IMG/VR virus record: IMGVR_UViG_3300027759_000051
Source of the DNA: a virus
DNA: 64,000 bases
Direction: 5' to 3' (one strand)
Position 1 is the first letter of the stretch. The number at the start of each line of letters is the position of its first letter. The translations under genes and the position numbers were made by a program. The notes beneath the pieces are model-generated. The model saw only the letters and a program-made list of their open reading frames with translations. It searched no databases and was not told the origin of the DNA. Shown one piece after another: positions 19,601 through 27,963 of the stretch.

Positions 19601-21070
19601 CTCAAATGCATCTTTTTTAGTTACTGGCAAGTAATAAATTTCATTGCTTGCAGACTTTACGGAGTATTCGCCTATGCGTGTCAACTTGACTGAAGGCACA
19701 AGCGCATCACGCTTGCTCTTGACTGCATGCCTTAGGTCGCCTTTTACAAATACTTCTAGGTACTTGTCTTCAACCTCTTTGAGCCACTTGACTTCTTCTT
19801 CTTGCATTTCTTCTAAGACTTCTTGCTTCTTGATAGGGCTTACCTTCACTACGCCCTCTGGGATAACGGCGAAGCGACACTTGCCACCATCTTCCACTTT
19901 CAATGCAATTATCTTGCAAACACCATTGCCTTCATACATGACGCAGTTTGAGCATTTGACGCCAATTTTTGCGACCATGTTCTCCGCTGCAGGCTTATAT
20001 CCAGCCCAAACGCCGTTCGCATCTTCGTTGAACTTGCCGTGTCTTTTGGTTATCTTTATAAGGGCTTCAGCAAGATCTGCTTCTTCCTGAACCAACTTTG
20101 GCTTTCCTGCTGGCTTGCTTGATGAATCTTCACCAGCGTAGTCAATTTGAACAAGTGGCATCTGGTTAGGCATGCCACCTGGCAAGACCTGTGGAACAAT
20201 AACTGTCTGATTTGGATTCTGTGGAACCATTGGACGCGAAGGCATTCCCATTGGCATCATTGGTTGTGGTTGTTGTGGCATCTGGCCTGGCATTTGCATT
20301 GGCTTATTTATGCGCTGTGGAGCAGAGAACATATAGGTACCGTTGTCATTATGAAAACGACACTTGTATGACTCTTCTTCGTCTTCTTCGCCAGTGGTAA
20401 ATGTGACAGAGCCATCCTCAATGGACGAGATCTTTACTTTTGATCCAGTTTGCAAAGAAAGTTCTTCCTGCAGCTTCCTCTGAACTTCATCTTCTGGGAT
20501 GTTTGGCATTCCCTGCATCATTGGCATCATCATTGGTTTTACGCCATCTGCGTTTTTTACAGAAATTGTGCCAGTCAGCTGATTAGCACCGTGCAAAACT
20601 GGAGAAACTTCATAGAGTTCAACTTCGTACAAGATGTTTGCTTGTGATCCTTGGTCAAACTGTGCACGGAGAGTTTTGTATCCGATAGACCACTCTTGCT
20701 CTTCACCAAAAAATGCAACATTGGCGAATGCTTCTTTGCCTTTTTCTGAGTTTAAGTTGAATTGGACTTTCGCATAAAGTCCACCGATTCCGGCTGATCT
20801 CATTTTTGGTGGGAGGCGAGGATCGTTTGGCGGAACCTCATACATTTCAAGGACTTTACCTATTGGATCGTTCCAGTTATGACCCCATACAACACGTGGC
20901 TTACGGCGCAGAAGGCTCTTAGCAAATGCTCCAGTTGCGCATACGTCACCAACGGAATCCTTGTTACCTATACCAGCAACAAAACACTCAACTATTCCCT
21001 GTGCTTGGTCTAGATTTACCTGACCAGTGCTTGCTTTGTATTGAATATTTTGTGAGTATGTATAGGACAT
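13601..21070 (-). CDS. HK97-family prohead protease fused to a long GLSSG-punctuated polyprotein
   Basis: N-terminal NKDSVGDV..GAF, VVWGHNW..PIGK, EWSIGY, LYEVSPVLHGAN; 14 x[LM]SSG motifs; SD AAGGAG. Confidence 0.88.
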   Translation of the reverse strand: MSYTYSQNIQYKASTGQVNLDQAQGIVECFVAGIGNKDSVGDVCATGAFAKSLLRRKPRVVWGHNWNDPIGKVLEMYEVPPNDPRLPPKMRSAGIGGLYAKVQFNLNSEKGKEAFANVAFFGEEQEWSIGYKTLRAQFDQGSQANILYEVELYEVSPVLHGANQLTGTISVKNADGVKPMMMPMMQGMPNIPEDEVQRKLQEELSLQTGSKVKISSIEDGSVTFTTGEEDEEESYKCRFHNDNGTYMFSAPQRINKPMQMPGQMPQQPQPMMPMGMPSRPMVPQNPNQTVIVPQVLPGGMPNQMPLVQIDYAGEDSSSKPAGKPKLVQEEADLAEALIKITKRHGKFNEDANGVWAGYKPAAENMVAKIGVKCSNCVMYEGNGVCKIIALKVEDGGKCRFAVIPEGVVKVSPIKKQEVLEEMQEEEVKWLKEVEDKYLEVFVKGDLRHAVKSKRDALVPSVKLTRIGEYSVKSASNEIYYLPVTKKDAFEMKQAIDPIIDYYRAEAYVDDGGIVFTSGVNKDFAEAVNNAVKALGRNLAGRTARAGRGMAARFNPKAWDGDNDGLVQEGTPYQRPAIPGINDFGTRGVVDAARATAAFKKQKGGSKKPAADRRALSSGKRDLSRHSNRDRDLEKQFPNAEENAKREAHDKLIDAWEAGMDMSFTTIGRQQDERGGRFSEDFLRGRELGYNDARSRWFGKGTAKQPKDFNEKQKASTKYSSWYRDVVSQLGRGKANRSEDSSREQQYAGIDAGMKDFLMAVAPDTSGWAREDRESLAKLESEYGFGRGGLSSGIRFNESGDIPAKPRKPKRTVDPSLRNTSKNRAMMTAERRLEEMANSGDAEYDSIMQRAREALSNEGVPGYRLTNEYGEPNSLVAQKMQEILAADIQRDGLSSGKKSWVDLAEEEAGNDPKALADFLIDRGVLEEDHPTIKKLRNNKTNDAEYEKAFEMLAEMDAERGGLSSGRRELGKPFSSYEELSNNERSAIEQTYFADNPGSERPGSRDYDPEIAKADFEDNPSKYGYSANFRRDAVNALKKTGLSSDEAGDIVANWEQNDAIHKRYLRNANGDTLEAMTSAYDDYLDRPYGRGGLSSGRRMSPEQLKERLRMVAALPDHRKEEVYINLSDNDKKYADVIEKLISDGTITGDNSWYDYSSNSARDVMSDAEIYDAVYGGMPDEDELDSYAGSVDFGFESSGSRGSERDYSPSSDEVEEAYISESIDEMTGEDFLTALRANMTPEQFEKSIRDYESGATRGIFIPEGGLSSGKKPTGEKLVVNSLGKDVPLAERLKEIDEFSTEDLGYEVYEVLTNTTSSLSDDPGWDYLERNHGINKSDYKNRPGDFGYRSYDEDSYDIRQAIEDSMSEDEQRNFLKTSSELEAGLEGEGGLSSGRGIDPRQGDPANITPEEAAARTDDIGANFRYLFVSPDAVAFKYNGKMREIRAESDNGIYDSLRRSKAGALYFGGIDSESGEYRTFRLDRIEGLIPGASRQSTSSGPYSRAGMSSGRRGLSSGRRELGKPFSSWEELSDNERSNIEQIYFVDNANSERPGSRDYDPEIAKADFEDNPAKYGYSANFRRDAINALKENGVSSDDAASIVGYWEESDAIHNRYIGMANGNTLEAMTSAYDDYLDRPYGRGGLSSGRYGEEYDPSKRDPSDYAQLNGEPHRPRWDGKSGQWVYDTPDDGTSKTRPHNWDTPDTPAEDHDMFWRDYVTIPYQELLAEYPVVAGEKSPAISGRVQRLAAARRFRMGLPFDGKLKPKRIRQFGQMSEDETEYKKQLVAEAIAKDFSHSGLSVDELAYRFNATPLQIHDVLDSVAELAPETFDGDRRATDIPSPSREVQRLRRERIELAQEYDTALKTNKDILSRRSDLIAEHPSTQRMKDVQALRLAKQKLRLAGVSFETADKDLEALRSEDNKIVNAKLKEIYDVDDEDLASTAREIFEENLSEDFDEDGEYIGSESAFYDVEDAKQDLIKDWNLVNVLVDSGQAKDDEDAEEILSGLVFNDVAALIPDENVIRVLAFNQAKQIELELNRYKEVASKLQANDPALNASEKENINEIFKLEAEATNAVNAALQDVDVPSKPRTPSSARGLSSGRSRSDSDGVDVGTVAGSVYSSTATRGMSSGMKFEPMGDAYERIDANNESSLRTAAIQVLAETPEVEKEFSGEQLYSYVMPNAENSAPYRDEIRNYQLAKLEHALKVREEIVKAVYEKNPDVQRQINAMDVYDFDKNNGGPLRSETVDSLADLDDFIQKIRDEVEMFEDRYDRKSQDLEDARELIPDTYREVEAAKLELESARMDLDEGDIELDEYTKLVEEINSRVNELNQQLDEYRSNRDDLAEEVSEAAFFGDGKMSAQVNDMVANYMNFSDSGNPRSARRSSLSSGRREMMQDTIAADENSARRESLLDADMAETDRMYSSFMSRPSSERASAFASYRRETGKSPNPNDPSFKRWIAGLESDLIMREDSGEMSGRDSGRGLSSGRNRKKG
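16145..16549 (-). repeat. Internal duplicated module, copy 2 (405 nt, GLSSG to GLSSG)
   Basis: RRELGKPFSS(W/Y)EELS...YDDYLDRPYGRGGLSSG matches 17789-18193. Confidence 0.9.
17789..18193 (-). repeat. Internal duplicated module, copy 1 (405 nt)
   Basis: Same length and highly similar protein and DNA to 16145-16549. Confidence 0.9.
18695..19231 (-). repeat. Module shared with the 2338-aa gene (2338-2895)
   Basis: RHSNRD.DLE.QFP..EENAKREAH...WEAGMDMSFTTI...REDRESLAKLE.EYGFGRGG present in both genes. Confidence 0.9.
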
Positions 21071-21165
21071 GCGAATAACTCCTTTGGTTATGAAACGATA
21101 ATAAACGAGGAAATGGTCGTTACAAAGGAAGTATTAGCAATTTATTGATGTTTTACAGAAATGGT

Positions 21166-23253
21166 TTACTGAAACATTCTTCCAAATGTCCACGCTCTGC
21201 GTGATTCGTCTTCGGCAACTTCAAATCTCTTCCGCGCCATGACGTTTGCATAGTGAGAAACTACTAATTCCCTAAATGCTGATGATCTTTGCTCTTCTCC
21301 TGCAACATTTAAGGATGTGAACATTGATTCTGAGATTTTGTCTCTTGTTTCTTTATTTATTTCTTTTATTCTGATCATCTGGGAACTTACTTGAGCCTGA
21401 ATATCTTGACTAGAAGCCCACGCTTTAGCGCTCTTGGTGTCTTTGTTTGTGACTTCTTTGTGCGCATCTTGAATAATTGCCGCAATGACTGGCTTTATGT
21501 CTTCATCCATCTGGCGATCCCATGTTTCTGACTGAAATATGGAGTCAATGTCTAGAGTTCCAGCAAAGAGTGATTTTTTAGCCTTTGCTCCTGAGATTTT
21601 TTCCAGAACAACACGCTGTTGTCTCTCTACAACTCTTTCAATGCTTCTGTTCAGAATCTCTTCCCACCTGTCAAGATCCAACTGCTCTAGCGATTTCGTG
21701 CCAGGGACTAGTGGTATTGGGGAAAACTGTTCTTCTTCTTCTTCTTCTTCTGGCGGAGCTGTCGCTAAGGTTGTTTCTGGTGGTGACTGCTCTGGCGGAA
21801 CTCCCAATGGTGGGGCAACTGCATCTTGAGGCATTGTTGTTTGAGCAAGTGCTCCAGCCATTGTGTTTGGATCAATCGGCTGCTCTCCGCCTGGCATGCC
21901 AGGAGGCATTCCCATTACTGGAGGCATTCCCGGCATTCCGGGAGCACCTGGTGGCATTCCTGGGGCACCTGGAGGCATTCCTGGAACTCCGCCTTGCTCC
22001 GCAGCAGGTGGTTCCATCTTCTTCTTTGTATTTGCAATCGGAATGAGGTTTGGATTCATCAATAGCGAGTCCGACAAATCGCTTTCTGTCTCTTTGCGCC
22101 CAGAACCATATCTGTATTCGTTGTTTGATATGAGTCCAGCTTGGAACTCATCCATCAAGTATCTTCTCTGCTCTTGCTTGTAAAGCATGATGATTGGGAC
22201 GTTTGATGTGTCAAAGTCTAGGTAGTAGTCATCGTCAAGTTCATCAAGCCCCCGCTCAAGGATCTCAAGATGAGGAAGCATTGTTTCCATCCAGAAAACA
22301 CGAATCTCTTCGGCTGCATTGCTGAAGGTTCTGCCAGCAGCGTTTCCTATTACGGATTCTGGTACACCGAATGATGCAAGTATTTCTTCTTTTGTTATCT
22401 GCCTCATCTGCATGTATGCAGCATCTCGTGGGCTGGCAGATGTGTCAACGTAGTCAACGCCATCATCAGATGCGATCACAGAGGTGTACCCAGTTCTAGA
22501 CAGGTTTCCCCTGAAGCGACTCTTGAGTTCTTCCTTGTCATCGTCGTCAATTTCGCCACGGAGAACTAAAAGTCCACCTGGTCTTCCGTCGTTGAGCAAG
22601 TAGTTTCTATTGTAGAGCTTTGCTAAGTTTTCTATTTCAATCGCTACTCCACATGCTTCTAGCGGAGTCAACGAAAGGTAAGGATCGAGCGGGTGAGGTC
22701 TGCGAATCCACAGAACATCCTCAGGTTTTAGAGTAACTTTTTGTCCATGAGGCATTTGAACCTCAAATCCAGAAACGAACTTTTTTGCATCTGGAATTGG
22801 AGCCGTAGATTGAGGCGGAAGAAGGTTCAGGCCGACAATGCCGCCATCACGTCCCCGCACCTTCTCTATAAAGACACCACGGGTACCAAGCAACAATTGA
22901 GCAGAAACTCTATATCTAAAGATAAAAGAGTTTTCACCGATATTTGATTTATTGTTCAGAACTTCAAGAAGCCTTGAGTTTTTTGCGCCCTTACCAGAGA
23001 GTATTTCCCCGTCTGGCGAGTTATCTTTTCTCAGTTGTATTGGAAGTCTTGCTTGGTTTCCTGCAATAGCGTCAATACACCTAGCAACCCAAGTGACCTT
23101 CTGCATGCCCTCTTTGTATGCTCGCTCAATATCCCATGAGTCCCTATATGGTCTTCCTGAATAGCCGGGGTTGTGAGATATTGGAGCACCAGGCCCAAGA
23201 TCTTTTGATTCCGCCCCATTTATAGATTTATCACTACGGGAGTTCCATGCCAT
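21166..23253 (-). CDS. Portal protein (HK97-like) with Pro/Gly/Met-rich linker and C-terminal extension
   Basis: WVARCIDAIA, LSLTPLEA, NYLLNDGRPGG, EILASFGVPESVIG, TFSNA, GLISNNEYR. Confidence 0.88.
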   Translation of the reverse strand: MAWNSRSDKSINGAESKDLGPGAPISHNPGYSGRPYRDSWDIERAYKEGMQKVTWVARCIDAIAGNQARLPIQLRKDNSPDGEILSGKGAKNSRLLEVLNNKSNIGENSFIFRYRVSAQLLLGTRGVFIEKVRGRDGGIVGLNLLPPQSTAPIPDAKKFVSGFEVQMPHGQKVTLKPEDVLWIRRPHPLDPYLSLTPLEACGVAIEIENLAKLYNRNYLLNDGRPGGLLVLRGEIDDDDKEELKSRFRGNLSRTGYTSVIASDDGVDYVDTSASPRDAAYMQMRQITKEEILASFGVPESVIGNAAGRTFSNAAEEIRVFWMETMLPHLEILERGLDELDDDYYLDFDTSNVPIIMLYKQEQRRYLMDEFQAGLISNNEYRYGSGRKETESDLSDSLLMNPNLIPIANTKKKMEPPAAEQGGVPGMPPGAPGMPPGAPGMPGMPPVMGMPPGMPGGEQPIDPNTMAGALAQTTMPQDAVAPPLGVPPEQSPPETTLATAPPEEEEEEEQFSPIPLVPGTKSLEQLDLDRWEEILNRSIERVVERQQRVVLEKISGAKAKKSLFAGTLDIDSIFQSETWDRQMDEDIKPVIAAIIQDAHKEVTNKDTKSAKAWASSQDIQAQVSSQMIRIKEINKETRDKISESMFTSLNVAGEEQRSSAFRELVVSHYANVMARKRFEVAEDESRRAWTFGRMFQ

Positions 23254-23258
23254 ACTTT

Positions 23259-23438
23259 TTACTCACGACCCAAGATATAACCGAATAGGCCGCAGGAGAT
23301 ACCCGCGGTTATTAAACCAGCTGGCGCATAGATTAACCCAGCGCCAATTCCACTCAACAGTATAAATGAACTCATTAGCAAATAAGCGAAGGTTGACCGA
23401 TTAAACTTGATTAGCAGTGACTGCAGGATTTTTCGCAT
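23259..23438 (-). CDS. Small two-TM membrane protein preceding the portal (59 aa; not in the ORF track)
   Basis: MRKILQSLLIKFNRSTFAYLLMSSFILLSGIGAGLIYAPAGLITAGISCGLFGYILGRE; ends 5 nt before the portal ATG. Confidence 0.7.
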   Translation of the reverse strand: MRKILQSLLIKFNRSTFAYLLMSSFILLSGIGAGLIYAPAGLITAGISCGLFGYILGRE

Positions 23439-23489
23439 ATGCTACACAGTAGCCTAATGCAGTGGCTTGTGGCGTAGGAGATAAAAATA

Positions 23490-24797
23490 ATGACAACCGA
23501 TTGGAATAAGGTTCTTGAATATCTTCAGCCAAGAATGCCACCGTTTTGCCCAGAGGAACCATCAATAAACCAAAAAGTTTTTTTACGCACAAATTCAATT
23601 GAGGGATTATTTGGCGGAGCAGCAGGTGGTGGAAAGAGTTCAGCATTATTGATGTCTGCTCTGCAGTATGTTGACGTTCCTAGCTATTCAGCGATCCTTT
23701 TTAGACGTACCTTTGCCGACCTCTCGCTTCCCGGCGCACTCATGGACAGATTTAAGAGCTGGATAAATCTTTACGACGATGTCCACTGGAATAACAACAG
23801 TTTCGTGGCGACTTTCCCATCTGGGGCAAGAGTATCCTTTGGGTACCTAAATAACGCTGGGGACTATCTTCGTTACAAAGGTTCAGAGTTTCAGTTCATA
23901 GGAATGGACGAGGTTACGGAAATACGAGAATCGGACTATAGGTACATGTTCTCCCGTCTACGTCGTCCATCATCTGGTCCGCTTGCCAAGGTTCCACTCA
24001 GAATGAGGGCAGCATCCAACCCTGCCCCAAACTGGGTTAGGCAAAGGTTTATTGTTGAAGGGTTGGCAGAGGGAAGGATATTTGTCCCCTCAAAGTTGAC
24101 CGACAACCCCGGAATTGACGCAGCATCATACCGTCAAGCACTTTCCGCCCTTGACCCGATAGAGCGAAGAAGGCTCGAAGAGGGAGACTGGTGGTCAACT
24201 ACTCTCGGATCGTTGTTTGATAGGACTGCTTTCGTTATTATTGATAACAATGAGATTCCTCAAATAACAAGTTCCGCAAAAGCAGTTAGATTTTGGGACT
24301 TAGCGGCAACTGAGCCGTCCCATTCAAACCAAAACCCAGACTACACGGTTGGGACTTTAATGCTATTTGACCAAGGCATTGCTTATGTTCTTGACGTAAA
24401 GAGATTCAGGCTAAAAGGCGATAAGGTTGAGCACATGATTGCTCAAACCGCTTATGAAGACGGGCATGGAGTTCCAATAAGAATTGAACAAGAACCAGGG
24501 TCGAGCGGAAAAGCGTTGATGGATCAATATGCTCGCTATGTTGTCCCTGGATACGACTTTGGTTCAACTAGGCCTACTGGAGACAAGACAACAAGGGCTA
24601 GACCTTTCGCTGCAGCAACCGCCAATGGAAACGTAAGAGTTGTTCGTGGGCCGTGGCTCACTGACTGGCTAGATGAGTTCTCAAGCTTTCCAGAAGCATG
24701 TGATCACGACGACCAAGTTGACTCCGCCGTTGGTGCATTTACTCATCTTGCAGGGTTGGGGTTGCCACAAAGAAGATCAATCGCTATAGTGGTCTAA
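23490..24797 (+). CDS. terL: Terminase large subunit
   Basis: Walker A GGAAGGGKS, Walker B FIGMDE, motif III ASNP, nuclease RFWDLA and HDDQVDS. Confidence 0.93.
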   Translation: MTTDWNKVLEYLQPRMPPFCPEEPSINQKVFLRTNSIEGLFGGAAGGGKSSALLMSALQYVDVPSYSAILFRRTFADLSLPGALMDRFKSWINLYDDVHWNNNSFVATFPSGARVSFGYLNNAGDYLRYKGSEFQFIGMDEVTEIRESDYRYMFSRLRRPSSGPLAKVPLRMRAASNPAPNWVRQRFIVEGLAEGRIFVPSKLTDNPGIDAASYRQALSALDPIERRRLEEGDWWSTTLGSLFDRTAFVIIDNNEIPQITSSAKAVRFWDLAATEPSHSNQNPDYTVGTLMLFDQGIAYVLDVKRFRLKGDKVEHMIAQTAYEDGHGVPIRIEQEPGSSGKALMDQYARYVVPGYDFGSTRPTGDKTTRARPFAAATANGNVRVVRGPWLTDWLDEFSSFPEACDHDDQVDSAVGAFTHLAGLGLPQRRSIAIVV

Positions 24798-24826
24798 GTA
24801 TAAGTAATTAGCAAAAAGGAAATATT

Positions 24827-25369
24827 ATGGACACGGAAGATTTTATTAGTAACTCTATTATTGAAAATCCAGTAGAAGCAGTAAATGCTCTACGGAAAGC
24901 AATAGTTAAAATTGACTCAACATTTACCGCTTTTACAGAAACAAACCCTAGCGTTTCTGAAACTGCAGGAATTTTGCTTGAGTTGAACCTTGCCAAGAGA
25001 GATCTCGCAATGGTTTACGACTCACTGAGTGCGTCTTTCTCGCGACTCATGGAAATTGAAAACAGCACAGAGGTTGAACTTGATGGCGGTGCGACTATTG
25101 AGAAAAAGAGTTCTTATGATCGCAAGGGATGGCAACATAAAGAACTTGCCTCTGCTGTCGTTGATCGCATTATTCAGTATTCGGTTGATATGGACACTGG
25201 AGAAAACTTAAAGAGCTCGAGAGAAGTGGCACTCGAACTTCTCAACTATTGCGCACCTTCGTATTGGAGAGTAAAAGAACTTTCCTCAATAGGGATCAAT
25301 GCTGATACTTATTGCGAAACAGGAGATCTCAAAACATCAATTATAGTTAGGAAAGGTAATAACCAATGA
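24827..25369 (+). CDS. Hypothetical protein in the recombination cluster
   Basis: 180-aa ORF with SD AAGGA, coupled to the next gene. Confidence 0.7.
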   Translation: MDTEDFISNSIIENPVEAVNALRKAIVKIDSTFTAFTETNPSVSETAGILLELNLAKRDLAMVYDSLSASFSRLMEIENSTEVELDGGATIEKKSSYDRKGWQHKELASAVVDRIIQYSVDMDTGENLKSSREVALELLNYCAPSYWRVKELSSIGINADTYCETGDLKTSIIVRKGNNQ

Positions 25370-26049
25370 GTAATGAAATTATGAAGCAATTAGCGGAACC
25401 GTTTGCTCCAGAGATGGAAAAAACAATGTCAAAGGGTGGGACACGACTCACCTATATCCCCGTAAGTGAAGTTATCAACAGGCTGAATAAGGTTCTTGGT
25501 ATTGATAAGTGGTCTTTTGAGGTCATCTCGTGCAGTAGGGACGCTATGGATCCAGAGTACATCGTTGCTCACATCCGCCTTTCGTGGATGACTAGCGACA
25601 AGTACACAGAAAATTACGGCCCAGTAATCACAAGGGACGGTATTGGTGGTCAAAAGATCAAGCGCACAAAAGCTGGAGACATTGTTGACCTTGGCGATGA
25701 GATGAAGGGTGCTATGTCTGATGCACTCAAGAAGGCAGCACAGACTCTGGGCGTTGGTCTTTACCTTGCTCGTTCTGACGATGCTATGGATGCAGAAGAT
25801 ATTGCAGAATCACCCGCTCCCGTTGTTGTTCAAGACAAAGAACTTGCTGAGAAGTGGGATCGGTTTACTTCCATTGTTAAGGATTTCAGCAGTGAGCAAA
25901 AGGCTGAACTAAATAACTACTGGATTGCAAATGGTGAGGGAAATCCAAAGCCAACAAAATCAACAGCAACACACCAAAGCCTAGATTTGCTTGTCGCAGA
26001 GTCGGTTCGCATCTCTTTTGGCGGTGAGTATGCAAATAGAGCAGATTAA
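25366..26049 (+). CDS. Rad52/22-family (Sak-like) single-strand annealing protein
   Basis: LTYIPVSEVINRLNKVLG..WSF, KGAMSDALKKAAQTLGVGLYL. Confidence 0.85.
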   Translation: MSNEIMKQLAEPFAPEMEKTMSKGGTRLTYIPVSEVINRLNKVLGIDKWSFEVISCSRDAMDPEYIVAHIRLSWMTSDKYTENYGPVITRDGIGGQKIKRTKAGDIVDLGDEMKGAMSDALKKAAQTLGVGLYLARSDDAMDAEDIAESPAPVVVQDKELAEKWDRFTSIVKDFSSEQKAELNNYWIANGEGNPKPTKSTATHQSLDLLVAESVRISFGGEYANRAD

Positions 26050-26812
26050 TCTAACTCCCCCACCTCATCTTTCGGTTTCTTCAATACAGACATATCAACA
26101 GTGTCCATTAAAGTTTAAGTTCAGTAAAATAGACTTGATCAAAGACGCACCAAATGAATCGTCAATGCTTGGAAACTTCGTTCATGATGTTCTCGAAATG
26201 CTTTATAAGCAAGAAAAAAATTCACGAACATTAAATTTGGCGAAGTTTTACGCAAGGCAACTATGGGATGAGGTTTGGTTTCCAAACGTGCAAACCCTGA
26301 TGCTCAGCGAAGAGAAAATTCGCCTATTCAGGTGGAATGCTTGGTGGTGCATTGAGAATCTTTGGAGACTAGAGAATCCAGAATTAATAGTTCCGCTAGG
26401 TATTGAACATGAAGTAAATGTTGATATTGGCGGAGTAAAAATAAAGGGATTCATAGATAGATATTCACAAAGTGAAGACTCTTTGATGCTTACTGTAAGT
26501 GATTACAAGACTGGCAAGACTCCTAGAAAAGAATTCCAAGATGATAAATTTTTTCAACTTAACGTATACGCAAAAGCGCTGTCCGTTTCAGGGGTTGGAT
26601 ACGCAGATCACTTAGAACTTCTATACCTAAAAGATGGTGTCAGACTGAAGCGAGACATAAGCGAAAAGGGAATAGAAGAAGCTGTAGAAACAATACAGCA
26701 AGTTAAAAGTGATATAGATAACAGTTGTTCAACTGGAAATTTCCCAGCAGTAAAGTCAGTCCTTTGTGGCTGGTGTAGTTATAAACCTATTTGTCCGAAA
26801 TGGAAAAAGTAA
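26030..26812 (+). CDS. PD-(D/E)XK RecB/Cas4-like exonuclease with Fe-S cysteines
   Basis: LSVSSIQTYQQCP, GNFVH, GFIDR, DYKTG, QLNVYA, CGWCSYKPIC. Confidence 0.85.
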   Translation: MQIEQINLTPPPHLSVSSIQTYQQCPLKFKFSKIDLIKDAPNESSMLGNFVHDVLEMLYKQEKNSRTLNLAKFYARQLWDEVWFPNVQTLMLSEEKIRLFRWNAWWCIENLWRLENPELIVPLGIEHEVNVDIGGVKIKGFIDRYSQSEDSLMLTVSDYKTGKTPRKEFQDDKFFQLNVYAKALSVSGVGYADHLELLYLKDGVRLKRDISEKGIEEAVETIQQVKSDIDNSCSTGNFPAVKSVLCGWCSYKPICPKWKK

Positions 26813-27318
26813 TGATAAATGATGATGCATTCGCAGAAATGGTTGCAGAAGAAGTTAAGAATAAACTCCACTCTTCTGAGAAGAAAATTCTTCTTCAAGA
26901 AGAGAACTGGGATAGATGGAAGCAGTGCTTGCTTGCGCTGGTTGACAATCTAGAAGAGCAGATTTACAACATTGAGAACGACGCTGCTCATGACAAAATT
27001 AGATATGAGGCAATGGGTGCTGATGGGCGAAGATTAGCCAAGGAAGCAGCACAAGCTTACAATGGTCGTAAATCAAAGATCGGCAGATTTCTATTCCACG
27101 TAAATAAAAGACTTGACCAAGTAACAGGAATGATGGAAACCGGGAAAGTTATTGAGTCTGACGGATGGATAGAAGCAGAGTTGCTGAAGAAGGCAATTAT
27201 TCGTCACCGCTCAATGCTGCGTGATTACGATCTTGAAGAGACAGCAATTGACAGGGCTCTATGGAGTACACTTGACGGTAGTTGGAAATTTGACGAGATA
27301 GATCCGTCATCACTATAG
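26812..27318 (+). CDS. Hypothetical coiled-coil protein
   Basis: ORF coupled (TAATG) to the exonuclease. Confidence 0.65.
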   Translation: MINDDAFAEMVAEEVKNKLHSSEKKILLQEENWDRWKQCLLALVDNLEEQIYNIENDAAHDKIRYEAMGADGRRLAKEAAQAYNGRKSKIGRFLFHVNKRLDQVTGMMETGKVIESDGWIEAELLKKAIIRHRSMLRDYDLEETAIDRALWSTLDGSWKFDEIDPSSL

Positions 27319-27326
27319 ATCCCAAC

Positions 27327-27683
27327 ATGGAGGCATCCATGCTGAACAGGAAAAAACCCCTCAAGCAAAAAAGTCAAATTAAAAAAAGATCTAAAAAAAC
27401 AGAAGAACTGTACAAACAGCGTCGTCCCTTTGTTGAAAAGATACTGAGAGAGCGACCACTTTGTGAAGCATGCAAAGTTTTTGCGATACATGATGAAAAA
27501 GTAACATTTAATCAACATATGAGCAGAGATGTTCATGAGATCATCCGCAGATCACAGGGCGGATCAATCCTTGATGAAAATAATGTTCTTGCTGTTTGCA
27601 GGCCGTGCCATGTGCGAATTGGTAATTATCCACAATTAGCATTTGATCTTGGACTAGCCAAGCACGGATGGGAAAATAATTAA
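27327..27683 (+). CDS. HNH endonuclease
   Basis: CEAC...DVHEIIRRSQGG...NVLAVCRPCH. Confidence 0.8.
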   Translation: MEASMLNRKKPLKQKSQIKKRSKKTEELYKQRRPFVEKILRERPLCEACKVFAIHDEKVTFNQHMSRDVHEIIRRSQGGSILDENNVLAVCRPCHVRIGNYPQLAFDLGLAKHGWENN

Positions 27684-27846
27684 TACAACTATTACTCCTT
27701 TCTGTAAAATGAATAAGTCTAAACTTTTTTACTAGGTACCTAAAGCAACGCTAACTTTCGAGAACAGAAAGGCAAGGTGGTCCAATGTCTAGTGGATTTC
27801 TCCACGGCAAGGAAGCTCGGGTCTCATAGGCATATTGAACCTATAA

Positions 27847-27904
27847 CCAAAAGCCACAACCGCTGGTTTGCTCTGCAGGCACCGGCGGTTGTTTGCTGTT
27901 TTGG
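27847..27904 (+). terminator. Long stem-loop, probable intrinsic terminator or structured RNA
   Basis: ACAACCGCTGGT/ACCGGCGGTTGT stem extended by CCAAAA/TTTTGG; T-rich 3' side. Confidence 0.55.
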
Positions 27905-27963
27905 GACGAAAATTGATATAAAATGTTTATCTGGGCGCGCCCAAACCCTTAGGACCGTTACAG

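Noticed and set aside
13601-21070. Protease-major capsid fusion or intein-containing protein
   Set aside because: No HK97 capsid-like segment and no Hint/intein terminal motifs recognised.
26030-26812. cas4 of a CRISPR system
   Set aside because: No array or other cas genes; it sits with a Sak-like annealase as a recombination exonuclease.
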